Of a stretch of 64,000 nucleotides of DNA, positions 54,323-64,000 are shown piece by piece. The notes under the pieces are model-generated. The model ran no database searches. It saw only the letters and a program-made list of their open reading frames with translations, and was not told the DNA's origin. Every line of letters begins with the position of its first letter. Position 1 is the first letter of the stretch. A program made the translations under genes and the position numbers. Source of the DNA: Methanotrichaceae archaeon (GTDB taxonomy: Archaea > Halobacteriota > Methanosarcinia > Methanotrichales > Methanotrichaceae); contig CAVVKN010000005.1 in assembly GCA_963748825.1 (NCBI GenBank), positions 27,182-91,181 on the forward strand. Reading direction: 5' to 3'.

Positions 54323-57300
54323 GTGCTTTGGAGATGCCGCGCTCTCTTTAGAAGTGATATGATGTGGAAACCTAACCTACAAAAAAGTAATTTGTTCTCT
54401 TCTAAAAAGGATGAAGGATATTCTGGAATATTTAAGCAATTCATCTCACCCACATATGGCCAGCTGTCACTTTCTTCAAATATTGCAAAGCATTTTTCTT
54501 TCCCCAACTTGTTGCTCATAGCAGCTATAGTTCTAATTCTTTACATGGGCATATGGTTCCTTCTTCGAGATGATCCTTCAAGCCTCACAGTCTTCGGCGA
54601 TATAGGTGCGATAGTAGTAGACAGCATGGCGACCCTGTGTTTGTTTTATGCTGCCGGACTTTCTCGGAGAATTGATAGAAAAATCTACCTGAGCTGGATG
54701 ATTCTTGCTATCGCGCAGTTATCCTACACAATTGGAGACGTTATCTGGGCTTATTACGAGCTCGTACTAAATGAGGGTCCATTTCCCTCTCTCGCCGATG
54801 GACCATATGTTCTACGCTATGTATTATTTTTAATAGGTATGCTCATCCTGCCAGCAGTACCAATTTCCTCCAGAGAACGACTCAAGTTAATGCTTGATAC
54901 GGGAATTGTGATGATTGCCTCTATTCTTCTATTCTGGACTTTGATCATAGCTCCCACCATAGAGCAGAGTGTAGATGCAGAAGAATTGACTCTTATCCTC
55001 TCCGTTGCGTACCCGGTTATGGACTTAATGCTTCTATTTGCTTTAGTTGATCTGCTTTTGAGAAGGCTTGGCTTTCCAGGACAGAGAGCACTCCTTTTTT
55101 TGGCAGCGGGAACTGCTTTATTAATTGTTACTGATTCTGTTTTCAATCGTCAGTCCCTGGATGGAACCTACATTTCGGGAGGGATGCTGGATAACGGATG
55201 GATTATGACATACATAATGGTCGGACTTGCTGGATTATCTCAGGCTGAATTTCTGCAAAGATACAAAGATCAGGCGGATTGGGGGGTTGTGGGGCGATAT
55301 GGCCAGATCAAATGGCCGCTTTATCTACCCTATCTCGCAGCAGGAGGAGCTTTTGCATTGCTTGTATGGAGTCATGATCATCCTCTTGCCGTATCCTTCA
55401 CGTATCTTGCTATGGCTGTGGGAGTGATTATCGGTCTGGTGGTTACTCGTCAGATAATTGTATTGAATGAAAATGCCCACCTTTATGTCGAGGCTCAGGA
55501 AGAAATAGCCGAACGATTGCAGGCGGAGATGGAGGTCAAGAATCTCAATGAAGAGCTTGAGAGAAGAGTTGCAACGCGCACTTCCCAGCTTGAGGCGACC
55601 AACAAAAATCTGCATAGCCAAATCTTTGAGCGTCAGATGGCAGAAGATGCTCTCAAGGACTCAGAGCGCAGGCTAGGGGATATCATCAACTTCTTGCCTG
55701 ACGCGACCTTTGTCATAAATAGAGATGGCATAGTAATTGCCTGGAACCGGGCAATAGAAAAAATGACAGGCATTAAGGCGGCCAATATTCTAGGAAAGGG
55801 CAACTATGAATATGCCCTGCCCTTCTACAAAGAGAGAAGGCCGATACTGGTCGATCTTGTCCTGAAACCCGATCTTGTTTTGGAAAAGAAATACGAGAGC
55901 ATTAAATGGCAAGAAAACGGCACTTTGGTGGGGGGCTCTTTAGTCCCTGAAATGCTGGGGGAGCCGGCATATTTGTTGGGAAGCGCGGCGGTTCTCTACG
56001 ACTCGGAAGGGACGATCTATGGTGCCATCGAGTCCATAAGGGATATTACCGATCGAAAAATGGCCGAAGAAGACCTGAAGAGCGCCAAAGACAGAGCGGA
56101 ATCGGCTACAAAGGCCAAATCGAAATTCCTGGCCAATATGAGCCATGAGATTCGCACCCCGATGAATGCCGTCATCGGCATGAGCGACCTTCTCTTGCAG
56201 ACGGATCTAAAGCCCGAGCAGCGTGATTACCTGGAGACCATTAGCAGCAGCGGAAATGCCCTGCTCGCCGTCATAAACGACATTTTGGATTATTCCAAGA
56301 TAGATGGAGATAAACTCGAGCTGGAGATCCAGTCCTTTGAATTGGCTGGATGCATTGAGGTCTCTATGGATCTGGTGGCTGCCAAGGCGGCAGACAAAGG
56401 CCTGGAGCTGACTTATTTCCTGGACGATGATGTGCCTGCAATTCTCATAGGTGATGAGATTCGTCTGCGTCAGATACTGATCAATCTCCTGGGAAATGCA
56501 GTGAAGTTTACGCAAAAGGGCGAGGTCATGCTTTCGGTAAGCTCTTCTCCGGGGGAGGGAAGCAAAGTCTTGCTTCATTTTGCCGTCAAAGATACGGGTA
56601 TCGGCATATCTCAGGAAAACCAGGGCAAGCTATTCCAGTCGTTTTCTCAGGTCTACTCCTCAACCACGAGGTATTACGGCGGAACCGGCCTAGGGCTGGC
56701 TATAAGCCGCAGGCTGGTGGAGATGATGGGTGGAGAGATCTCCGTGGAAAGTACGCCTGGAAAAGGCAGCACCTTTTACTTTACCGTTTTATGCGATGTT
56801 TCCGTGCAAAATAGGGCAGCATCGCCTGAGGATCTTATTCTAGCAGGAAAAAGCGTTCTGATTGTAGAAGGAAGCGAATCTGTGAGAAATATGCTCTCGA
56901 AGGCTTTAACGTCCTGGAAAATGCTGGTAACGGCTTTCGCCGGAGGAAAGGAGGCGGCAGAGATCCTAGAGAGAGAAAGATTTGATTTTGTGATCATGGA
57001 TGCCTTCTTGCCCGATATGGATAGCCGGCTCTTACCCAGACAGATCAAGGCCACAGAAGGCAATCCCTTTATTGTGATGATAAGCCACATCGGAAGCAAA
57101 GTAGGGCGAGATCCTTCTGTCAGCGGTTGGCTTAGCAAGCCCATCAAGCCTCGCCAACTCAAGCGTCTGCTGATCAACTTGATCTTGCCGCAGAGCAAAG
57201 AGTCAAGAGCTGCTGAAGGCCAGCTTCCTGCAGGCCTGCCGCAAAGGAAGAGCGATCTTGTCATCCTCCTGGCGGAAGATAATCCGGTAAATCAGAAAGT

Positions 57301-57631
57301 GGCTCTTAGCATGCTAAAGCGTCTCGATTATAGAGCTGATGTTGCCAACAACGGACTCGCGGTTCTGTCATCACTGGAAAAAAAGGCTTATGATGTCATA
57401 CTCATGGACATACAAATGCCGGATATGGACGGACTCGATGCTACGCGCTGCATCCGTGAGCTAAAGATTGAAAAACAGCCTTGCATAATAGCCATGACGG
57501 CTTACGCTCTGGATGGGGATCGAGAGGAGTTTCTTAAGGCAGGCATGAATGACTATCTCAGCAAACCGATACGGATAGAAGAACTAAAGACCGCATTGGA
57601 AAGATGCGAAAAAGATCTTCAAGGCATGTGA
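54323..57631 (+). CDS. membrane hybrid histidine kinase with PAS (paralog of the preceding gene)
   Basis: Same TM domain (WPLYLPYL), PAS, HisKA, HATPase, REC; start uncertain. Confidence 0.92.
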   Translation: MLWRCRALFRSDMMWKPNLQKSNLFSSKKDEGYSGIFKQFISPTYGQLSLSSNIAKHFSFPNLLLIAAIVLILYMGIWFLLRDDPSSLTVFGDIGAIVVDSMATLCLFYAAGLSRRIDRKIYLSWMILAIAQLSYTIGDVIWAYYELVLNEGPFPSLADGPYVLRYVLFLIGMLILPAVPISSRERLKLMLDTGIVMIASILLFWTLIIAPTIEQSVDAEELTLILSVAYPVMDLMLLFALVDLLLRRLGFPGQRALLFLAAGTALLIVTDSVFNRQSLDGTYISGGMLDNGWIMTYIMVGLAGLSQAEFLQRYKDQADWGVVGRYGQIKWPLYLPYLAAGGAFALLVWSHDHPLAVSFTYLAMAVGVIIGLVVTRQIIVLNENAHLYVEAQEEIAERLQAEMEVKNLNEELERRVATRTSQLEATNKNLHSQIFERQMAEDALKDSERRLGDIINFLPDATFVINRDGIVIAWNRAIEKMTGIKAANILGKGNYEYALPFYKERRPILVDLVLKPDLVLEKKYESIKWQENGTLVGGSLVPEMLGEPAYLLGSAAVLYDSEGTIYGAIESIRDITDRKMAEEDLKSAKDRAESATKAKSKFLANMSHEIRTPMNAVIGMSDLLLQTDLKPEQRDYLETISSSGNALLAVINDILDYSKIDGDKLELEIQSFELAGCIEVSMDLVAAKAADKGLELTYFLDDDVPAILIGDEIRLRQILINLLGNAVKFTQKGEVMLSVSSSPGEGSKVLLHFAVKDTGIGISQENQGKLFQSFSQVYSSTTRYYGGTGLGLAISRRLVEMMGGEISVESTPGKGSTFYFTVLCDVSVQNRAASPEDLILAGKSVLIVEGSESVRNMLSKALTSWKMLVTAFAGGKEAAEILERERFDFVIMDAFLPDMDSRLLPRQIKATEGNPFIVMISHIGSKVGRDPSVSGWLSKPIKPRQLKRLLINLILPQSKESRAAEGQLPAGLPQRKSDLVILLAEDNPVNQKVALSMLKRLDYRADVANNGLAVLSSLEKKAYDVILMDIQMPDMDGLDATRCIRELKIEKQPCIIAMTAYALDGDREEFLKAGMNDYLSKPIRIEELKTALERCEKDLQGM

Positions 57632-57668
57632 CCCATGAGACGGATTATTATTAATTTTTAATAATTAA

Positions 57669-57708
57669 AATATAATATAATTATTACTTTTTATAATTAT
57701 ATTATATT
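57669..57708. terminator. AT-only 16-bp perfect inverted repeat between convergent genes
   Basis: aatataatataattat (57669-57684) / ataattatattatatt (57693-57708). Confidence 0.5.
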
Positions 57709-57736
57709 CCCTGTGTTATCTAAAAAAGTATTGTAT

Positions 57737-58450
57737 TTAAATCATTCGGTCCTCTTCTTTCTCTTCTATGTACAGTTCCGGCAATGCGTTCATGTACTCT
57801 TTAATCATAATAGGAAATGATCTGGATTCCATGAAGCGAAGGCCGAGCTGCTCTGCCCAGCGCTGTATCCCTAAGTCTTGAGAGACAACGGCGGCATCCA
57901 GCTCTTTTGCCAATAACAAAACGTCGATGTCCGGACCACTGTCCAGGATGCCGTAGCGCAGTGCCGCTCTGTACTTCTCCCTAAATTTGCGGATTATGCT
58001 GCCCACAATCTCCCGCTCGATCTCATCTTTCATGTCCGCGAGACTGGTGCCGCTCTCGGAAAGGGAGATGCATCTGGAGACGGATTCCCATATGGCCTCT
58101 TCGGAGATGTTCATGCCTTTGTTTATGCGGCTTCTCATGTAGTCTACATATTCATAAAAGATCTTGGAAGGCACCTTTACTTTGTACCTGTCCGGTGACT
58201 TTTTGACGAGCCAGGTATCGACCTTACCCAAGACCCGAGCATCACAATTATTATGCCTGGCGAAATCCTTGATTTCATTGTAGACGGAAGGATATGGAAT
58301 GTAGCAGCTAATTCCCAGGTGAAGCCTTCCTTCAGCCACGCGACCCAAGATGGCATTCATTCCCTCGCAGATGCTGGCGGCACCCTCACTCTCCCAGGCT
58401 AAAGAGTCCGTGAGGGCTGTAGTATCCAGCACGAACCTTTGGCGCAACAT
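57737..58450 (-). CDS. RNA-free RNase P (HARP, PIN domain)
   Basis: RQRFVLDTT, KKSPDRY, RINKGMNI, LRYGILDS..DIDVLLLAKEL, DLGI. Confidence 0.9.
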   Translation of the reverse strand: MLRQRFVLDTTALTDSLAWESEGAASICEGMNAILGRVAEGRLHLGISCYIPYPSVYNEIKDFARHNNCDARVLGKVDTWLVKKSPDRYKVKVPSKIFYEYVDYMRSRINKGMNISEEAIWESVSRCISLSESGTSLADMKDEIEREIVGSIIRKFREKYRAALRYGILDSGPDIDVLLLAKELDAAVVSQDLGIQRWAEQLGLRFMESRSFPIMIKEYMNALPELYIEEKEEDRMI

Positions 58451-58629
58451 TAATAATAGTACGGAAGAAGTGATATAAGATACCTTCTAATGATCATTTC
58501 TTTCAGGATTGTTTTTCACGGCCCAAACGTGCCGGATTGCTCGTCAGAGTCTTTGCTTCAATCAATCCTTGTGCGGAATTTGAAATCTGCAGGTGAAAAG
58601 CTAATAAATCCCTTCGCGTATTACTTATC

Positions 58630-59370
58630 GTGAAATCCTCCGAGCCCCTTGTCTTTACCTTATCCCGGATTGAGAACCTCATGCATCAGGTGAGCTTCGA
58701 TCCGGTGAAGATGAAAGGAAAAATCATTACCAACACATCTCTGGTAGAAAAGGAACGGCTAAGTGAGACTCTAGCTGTCTTTTACGATGTCATCCAAAGC
58801 GGCCTTTCCGTCTCGCCTTTGATCAAGTTGGGAGAAGAGAGTATGGGAGAAGAGAAAAGACTGATAAAGATTAAGACCGCTTGCAGCCTGACCATCAGTG
58901 GCGTTTTGCTCAAGTCTGGCATACCTGTGCGTCCCAAAGGCGGCGGGCTGATAGAAGTGGTAGAGCGCGAGCCGACCAGGTTCACAGACATGCTCATGTA
59001 CTGGGCCACAACCATCGATCCCATAGACGTTCTCACGTCTCAGGAGTTGACGGATATCACGGGAATGATGCGCACAGGAAACGGGCGCATCCTGGGCAAT
59101 CTCCAGGAGGCACCCATGCTGGCCAGGGATAAAATCGAGGAGGTGCTCGACCAACTGACTGCGGCGGAATTTACCGGAGTCCTGGAGCTGGGCGAGCCGA
59201 ATATGAATGTGCTGGGCGTCTCTGTGGAGAGGGATCACGTGGGAATTGCTCTCGTGGGCGGCACAAATCTTGTGGCAGCCGCGCAGGAATGTGGCATCAA
59301 CGTAAGGCACGAGTCGATCAGCGACCTGACCGATGTCGCGGAGATGAAGCATATTGAAGAGCTGATTTGA
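58630..59370 (+). CDS. NrpRII-like (DUF128) regulator lacking the HTH
   Basis: TACSLTISGVLLKSGIPV.PKGGG, RFTD, TIDP, GGTN. Confidence 0.8.
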   Translation: MKSSEPLVFTLSRIENLMHQVSFDPVKMKGKIITNTSLVEKERLSETLAVFYDVIQSGLSVSPLIKLGEESMGEEKRLIKIKTACSLTISGVLLKSGIPVRPKGGGLIEVVEREPTRFTDMLMYWATTIDPIDVLTSQELTDITGMMRTGNGRILGNLQEAPMLARDKIEEVLDQLTAAEFTGVLELGEPNMNVLGVSVERDHVGIALVGGTNLVAAAQECGINVRHESISDLTDVAEMKHIEELI

Positions 59371-59444
59371 GAGATTGCATGAATACTTAGAAAAAGGTAG
59401 ATTCATCTGTTCATCCGAGGCATAAAATCGCAGCAGATCATAGA

Positions 59445-59891
59445 TCAAAGCCGGTTCTTCAAGGAGAGAAGATAAAGCTGCATTTTTTCATCCCAGGCCC
59501 TCTTTGCAGCAAGGCCGCAGATCTCGAATAAAACTGCTTCCACAATCAGGTAGACCTCGGCTTTATCTCGAATGCAGCCCAAGATGGACTGCCGGCCTCG
59601 TCCCATAGCGGAATGGATGTGCAGCTTCGGTCCCTCAATAGACGGGTAAATTGTAGCCATGCCGAAGACCTCCCAGGCACTCTCGAAAGCTTCATAGTGA
59701 GGCGTTGGGGGAACTACCGGCAGCTCTGGACCGGTCACTGCTCGGCCATCGCGCAATGCCCCCATGAAAAGGGCTGTGCAAGACTCGATCTTCTTCTCCT
59801 GCAGGAACTTTTGCAGAGATTCTATCAGATCTTCGCCATGGTCCATCCTCAGGACGAAGACCCTGCCCAAACTGCCCTCAGAATATTGCAT
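59445..59891 (-). CDS. PPC/DUF296 domain protein
   Basis: VLRMDHGEDL, LHIHSAMGR. Confidence 0.85.
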   Translation of the reverse strand: MQYSEGSLGRVFVLRMDHGEDLIESLQKFLQEKKIESCTALFMGALRDGRAVTGPELPVVPPTPHYEAFESAWEVFGMATIYPSIEGPKLHIHSAMGRGRQSILGCIRDKAEVYLIVEAVLFEICGLAAKRAWDEKMQLYLLSLKNRL

Positions 59892-59932
59892 GGGAAGGAG
59901 TTTTGCTTATCCATTCTTATTATTTTCCATTC

Positions 59933-60283
59933 TTATTGTTTTTCTCGCCCGGCTTTTAGCTGCAGATTTTCCAGCACGCATCGCTTCCACTTGCTGGTTA
60001 CGGGCTTCCCGCACCTTCCCTCCAGGAGATAGACCTGCCCGGGACGGAATTTTAGAAATTCCTTAATCTCAGAAAGCGCAGCACTGGAAAACTGGATCTT
60101 TCTGTCTGGAGCAACCTGCAATTGTCCGCTCTGCGTGTCCAGATCAGAGACGCGAAGATTTATCAGAGATTCAAGATCAAGGCCGGTCTCAAAGAGAAGG
60201 AGAAGTATGATTCTATCCATGCCTGATGCTAAATCGAGCAACCTCCTTTTCTCCGGCTCGGCAAGCTCGCTTAAGCCATTCAC
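59933..60283 (-). CDS. small degenerate tyrosine-recombinase-like protein
   Basis: ILLLLFETGLDLESLINLRVSDLD resembles box I (TGxRxxE) with Arg replaced by Asp; no box II Tyr. Confidence 0.55.
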   Translation of the reverse strand: MNGLSELAEPEKRRLLDLASGMDRIILLLLFETGLDLESLINLRVSDLDTQSGQLQVAPDRKIQFSSAALSEIKEFLKFRPGQVYLLEGRCGKPVTSKWKRCVLENLQLKAGREKQ

Positions 60284-60332
60284 ACATGATAATTCTGCTT
60301 AAGGAATATCAAGAGATCGGAGTGGATCGTCA

Positions 60333-63300
60333 CTAAATCTTTATTGTCAGCCACCTGGCGAGCATTTTCGCCAGTTCTCTTTGCTGGACCGGCTTGGCAA
60401 TGAAATCGCTCATTCCAGCCTGAATGCACATCTCCCGATCACCTTGCATGGCAAGGGCGGTCATGGCTATGATGGGAATGCGCGGATTCAAAGCACTTGA
60501 TCCTTCCTGGCGGATGCAGCGGGTGGCCTCAAAACCGTCCATCTCCGGCATTTGGCAGTCCATTAGCACCAGGTCGTAGGGAATGGACTTAAGCGCATTT
60601 ACTGCCTCCTCACCATTGGCCACCACATGTGCTTGGAGGTTCATCTTTCTCAACATGGCCTGTGTCACCCTTTGGTTTAGGGGGTTGTCCTCCGCCACCA
60701 GGATTCGGATTTTACGTCTGCCTTTTTCAGAAAGAGAAGTCCAGGCGGCGGAGCACTCTGCAGCATCCTCGCTAAATCGGTCACGAAGACCTGCCACCCG
60801 AACTTTTAAGCTCTCATTTTCGCCAGGCGCCCTATTTGCAGGTTCGGGTCTTACATCTTGCTTTTCAAACACGGCCGTAAACCAGAAGGTGGATCCTTTG
60901 CCCTCCTTGCTTTCTACGCCGATCTGGCCTTCCATCAATTCCGCCAACTGCTTGGAGATGGCCAGCCCCAGACCAGTTCCACCGTATTTGCGCTTGGTTG
61001 AGCCGTCTGCCTGAGTGAAAGGTGTGAAAAGAATATCCTTCCTGTCTGCCGGTATGCCGATCCCTGTGTCACTAACGCAGAAGCGAAGGGTTGCATTTCT
61101 TTCATCTTCATTGTCCAGGCTGGCACGGATCACTATCTTACCATGTGTTGTGAACTTTACTGCGTTAGCTCCCAGATTGACAAGAATCTGGCGCAGCCTT
61201 CCTGGATCTCCGCGCAGGTGAGACGGCACATGGGGATCGACTAGGCAGGTCAACTCAAGCCCTTTCTCATGAACTCCAATGGAGAGAAGATCTGTCGTAT
61301 CCTCTAGAATAGAAGCGAGGTCGAAGTTCAGCGTTTCCAGCTCCATTTTGCGGGCTTCGATCTTGGAAAAGTCCAGTATATCGTTGATGAGAGAGAGCAG
61401 AGTTTCGCCGCAGATACGGGCGATTTTTGCATATTCATGCTGCTCATCATTCAAATTCGTATCTTCGAGTAGTCCAGTCATGCCGATTATTCCGTTCAAG
61501 GGGGTGCGGATCTCATGGCTCATATTGGCCAGGAACTGGCTTTTGGCGACATTGGCCAGCTCAGCTTGCATGGCCAACTCGTTGGCATGTGCAATGGACG
61601 TCTCAAGCTGCTGATTTGCCCTTCGCAGCTTTTCCTCGTCACTCTTTCGTTTGGTGATATTCATAGCCACATGGACTACACCCTGGACACGGCCATCAGT
61701 ATCCTTGATGATAGAGCTTCTAGACAGCCAGGTCTTGCCGTTTGGAGTCGCAACTTCCCCTTCCTGAAAATGGCCGGTCTTTGCGGCCTTCAATGCCGTG
61801 CATCCTGGACAGGGCTCCTTTAGGCCCTGGAGGATCTCATAACAGTACTTGCCCCTTATCTCCTTCATCGACAATCCGAGGGATATTTGCACTGCCTCGT
61901 TGACCCAGATGATACGCATGGACGGATCCAAGTACTCCACAGAAACATGCCTTAGGCCGTTCAAGATTGCCGCTTTCTCTTGCTCCGAGGCTCTCAAAGC
62001 ATCCTCAGCATGCCTACGATCGGTTATATCAAAGATTATACCCAGCAGACCAACGAACTCTCCATTCGACCCTACCATCCGGCTTCCACTTAAATATCCC
62101 CAGAAATCGCTTCCATCCCCCCGAAGATAATGTCGCTCTGTGGAAACTGTATCGACCTTATTTTCCAACATCGCAAGCATGAGATTTTTCCCCTCCGATC
62201 GTTCATCAGGATGAACGAAGGCGGGATACAGAGTGCCTATCATTGTCTCCAGCGGACAATCAAATAGTTCAGCCATCCGCTGGTTGGCTTGGATGATTTT
62301 CCCTTTGGTGTCAACTATGATTATTCCTGCTGCGGATGTCTCGAAAATGGTCCTTAGACTGAGTTCACTCTCCCGCAATGCTTCTTCAGCCTTCTTGCGC
62401 TCAGTGACATCATGCATGACACCGAAAACCGCTCTTTTTGCCGGGTTGTATTCTGCCAGCGAATGGATATCAAGGATTTGTCCATCTGATGGCCTGCGGA
62501 TTTTAAATTCCACATTATACGGTATTCCCTGCTCAACTAATTCTTGCAGTGCCTTGTCGAGGCGAGCGCGGTATTCGGGCAGGGGAATTCTTTGCACATC
62601 CGACAGCGGCCAATGCTCGCCCTCCAATCCATAGATGCTCTTTGCGCCCTTCGAGGCGCGCATCTTTTTCTCGTCCAGCAAGAGTTCCCAGTGGCCAAAA
62701 CGGGCTATCTCCTCAGCTCGCATGAGGCGCTTCTCACTTCCCTGCAGCGCCACTTCCGCCCTTTTTTGCTCGGAAATATCACGAACATTGGCCTGGATTA
62801 ATACCTCACCTTGCACCTGCATGCGGGTGAGCAGAACGGTTGCTCCAAACTCCTCGCCATTTAGCCGCTTATGTGTCCATTCGAAGTAGTGGGAGCCTTT
62901 TTGCATGGCGATCTCTATCATCTCCCTGGATTTATCGGCGGAGAGCTGCCCATCCGGCTGGCGTTCGGGAGACACATCCCAGGGACCGAGAGAGGTGAAT
63001 TCAGCCTTGTCTTTTGTACCAAATAGCTCCACAGCCGCCTTGTTGCCGGAGCTGAACTTCCACGAGGGCGGAGCGAGGATCATCAATGGCGTCCTGTGAA
63101 CTTTCGAAAAGGGCGCGGAACCTCTCCTCGCTTTCCTGCAGGGCCACTTCTGCCTGTTTGCGGGAAGTGATGTCGGTGAGAAAATTCAACGTGGCTGGTT
63201 TGCCTTGCCATTCAATCAAGGCTGCATTGATTTCCACCCACTTAACAATGCCTTCCCGAGTAACCACCCTGAAGGTATGCCTGGACATTGCTGCTTCGTT

Positions 63301-63984
63301 TGCGATCCGTCGCCGGTAACTTTCAACTACCATGTTCCGATCATCCGGGTGGAGGAATTCGGAAAATGGTCTATCAATGAGTTCTTTCTCCGAATAACCC
63401 CCCAACAGGCCAAACGTCATGGGATTGACAAACTTGAGCAGGCCGTCTTGCGCGACGATGATTGACTCGTTAGCGTTGTTTATCAGCAGCCGGTACTTTT
63501 TCTCCTTCTCTCGCAGCGCCTCCTCCGCCAGCTTGCGCTCAGTGATATCGCTTGTGGTGCCAAAAATGGCGACTCGACCGTCTGGCTGAGGATAGGCCGA
63601 ACCCTTGGAACGAACCCAAAAGATCGAGCCGTCGGCCTTTCTCATACGGTATTCTGCAGTTTTGTCTCTTGCAAGTGCTCTTATCCCATCGGAAAGAATC
63701 TCTTGCAGGGCCGGCAAGTCATCAGGATGAACATATGAAAAATATTTGTCGAAGCTGTTTCCGATGGTTCCTTCCGGCAAGCCCAGCATCTTGTCCGCAA
63801 CCGGCGAGATATAGCAGCCAATGTTCTGTGCCTGAGAATCAACATCGTAGAGCCACACGATATCGGATATCATCGAGACTACCTGTTCAAACTGGGCTCT
63901 GCTCTCTTCCGCAGCTTGCTTGGCTTTTCGCAAAGCTTCCTCAGTCTTTGGTTGTTCGATGATATCATTGCCCATGAACATCAC
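60333..63984 (-). CDS. multi-PAS hybrid histidine kinase, frameshifted at ~63087
   Basis: PAS repeats, [12 protein letters not shown]; removing one T gives SQDA-MMILAPP in frame. Confidence 0.88.
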
Positions 63985-64000
63985 GGATGAATTGTACTGA

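Overview
Archaeal chromosome window, most likely a Methanothrix-like methanogen (inferred from cofC/cofE, FmdE, aIF2-beta, L10e, GatD, CDC48, Rpp21, HARP, NrpRII-like and PGF-CTERM genes). Housekeeping blocks alternate with accessory regions. (1) At 1-2.8 kb, beside tRNA-Leu(CAA), an ISL3 element is interrupted by an IS110 element. The IS110 non-coding end folds like a bridge RNA, and its loop sequences match the element's own insertion site. (2) At 19-26 kb there is IS200/IS605 debris, including a tnpB element whose right end abuts a TATA-binding-protein fragment and which is itself cut by an IS701. (3) An fdhA plus sulfhydrogenase beta/gamma-like operon follows. (4) At 39.5-49 kb an IS1634 interrupts a TPR gene, followed by small cargo genes (secreted protein, CcdA, SHOCT, DUF3800 with a candidate structured RNA, RelBE) separated by an unexplained GC-rich repeat family. 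Three single-base frameshifts (about 7435, 37907, 63087) may be assembly errors. All product calls come from motif recognition by eye; no database search was run.
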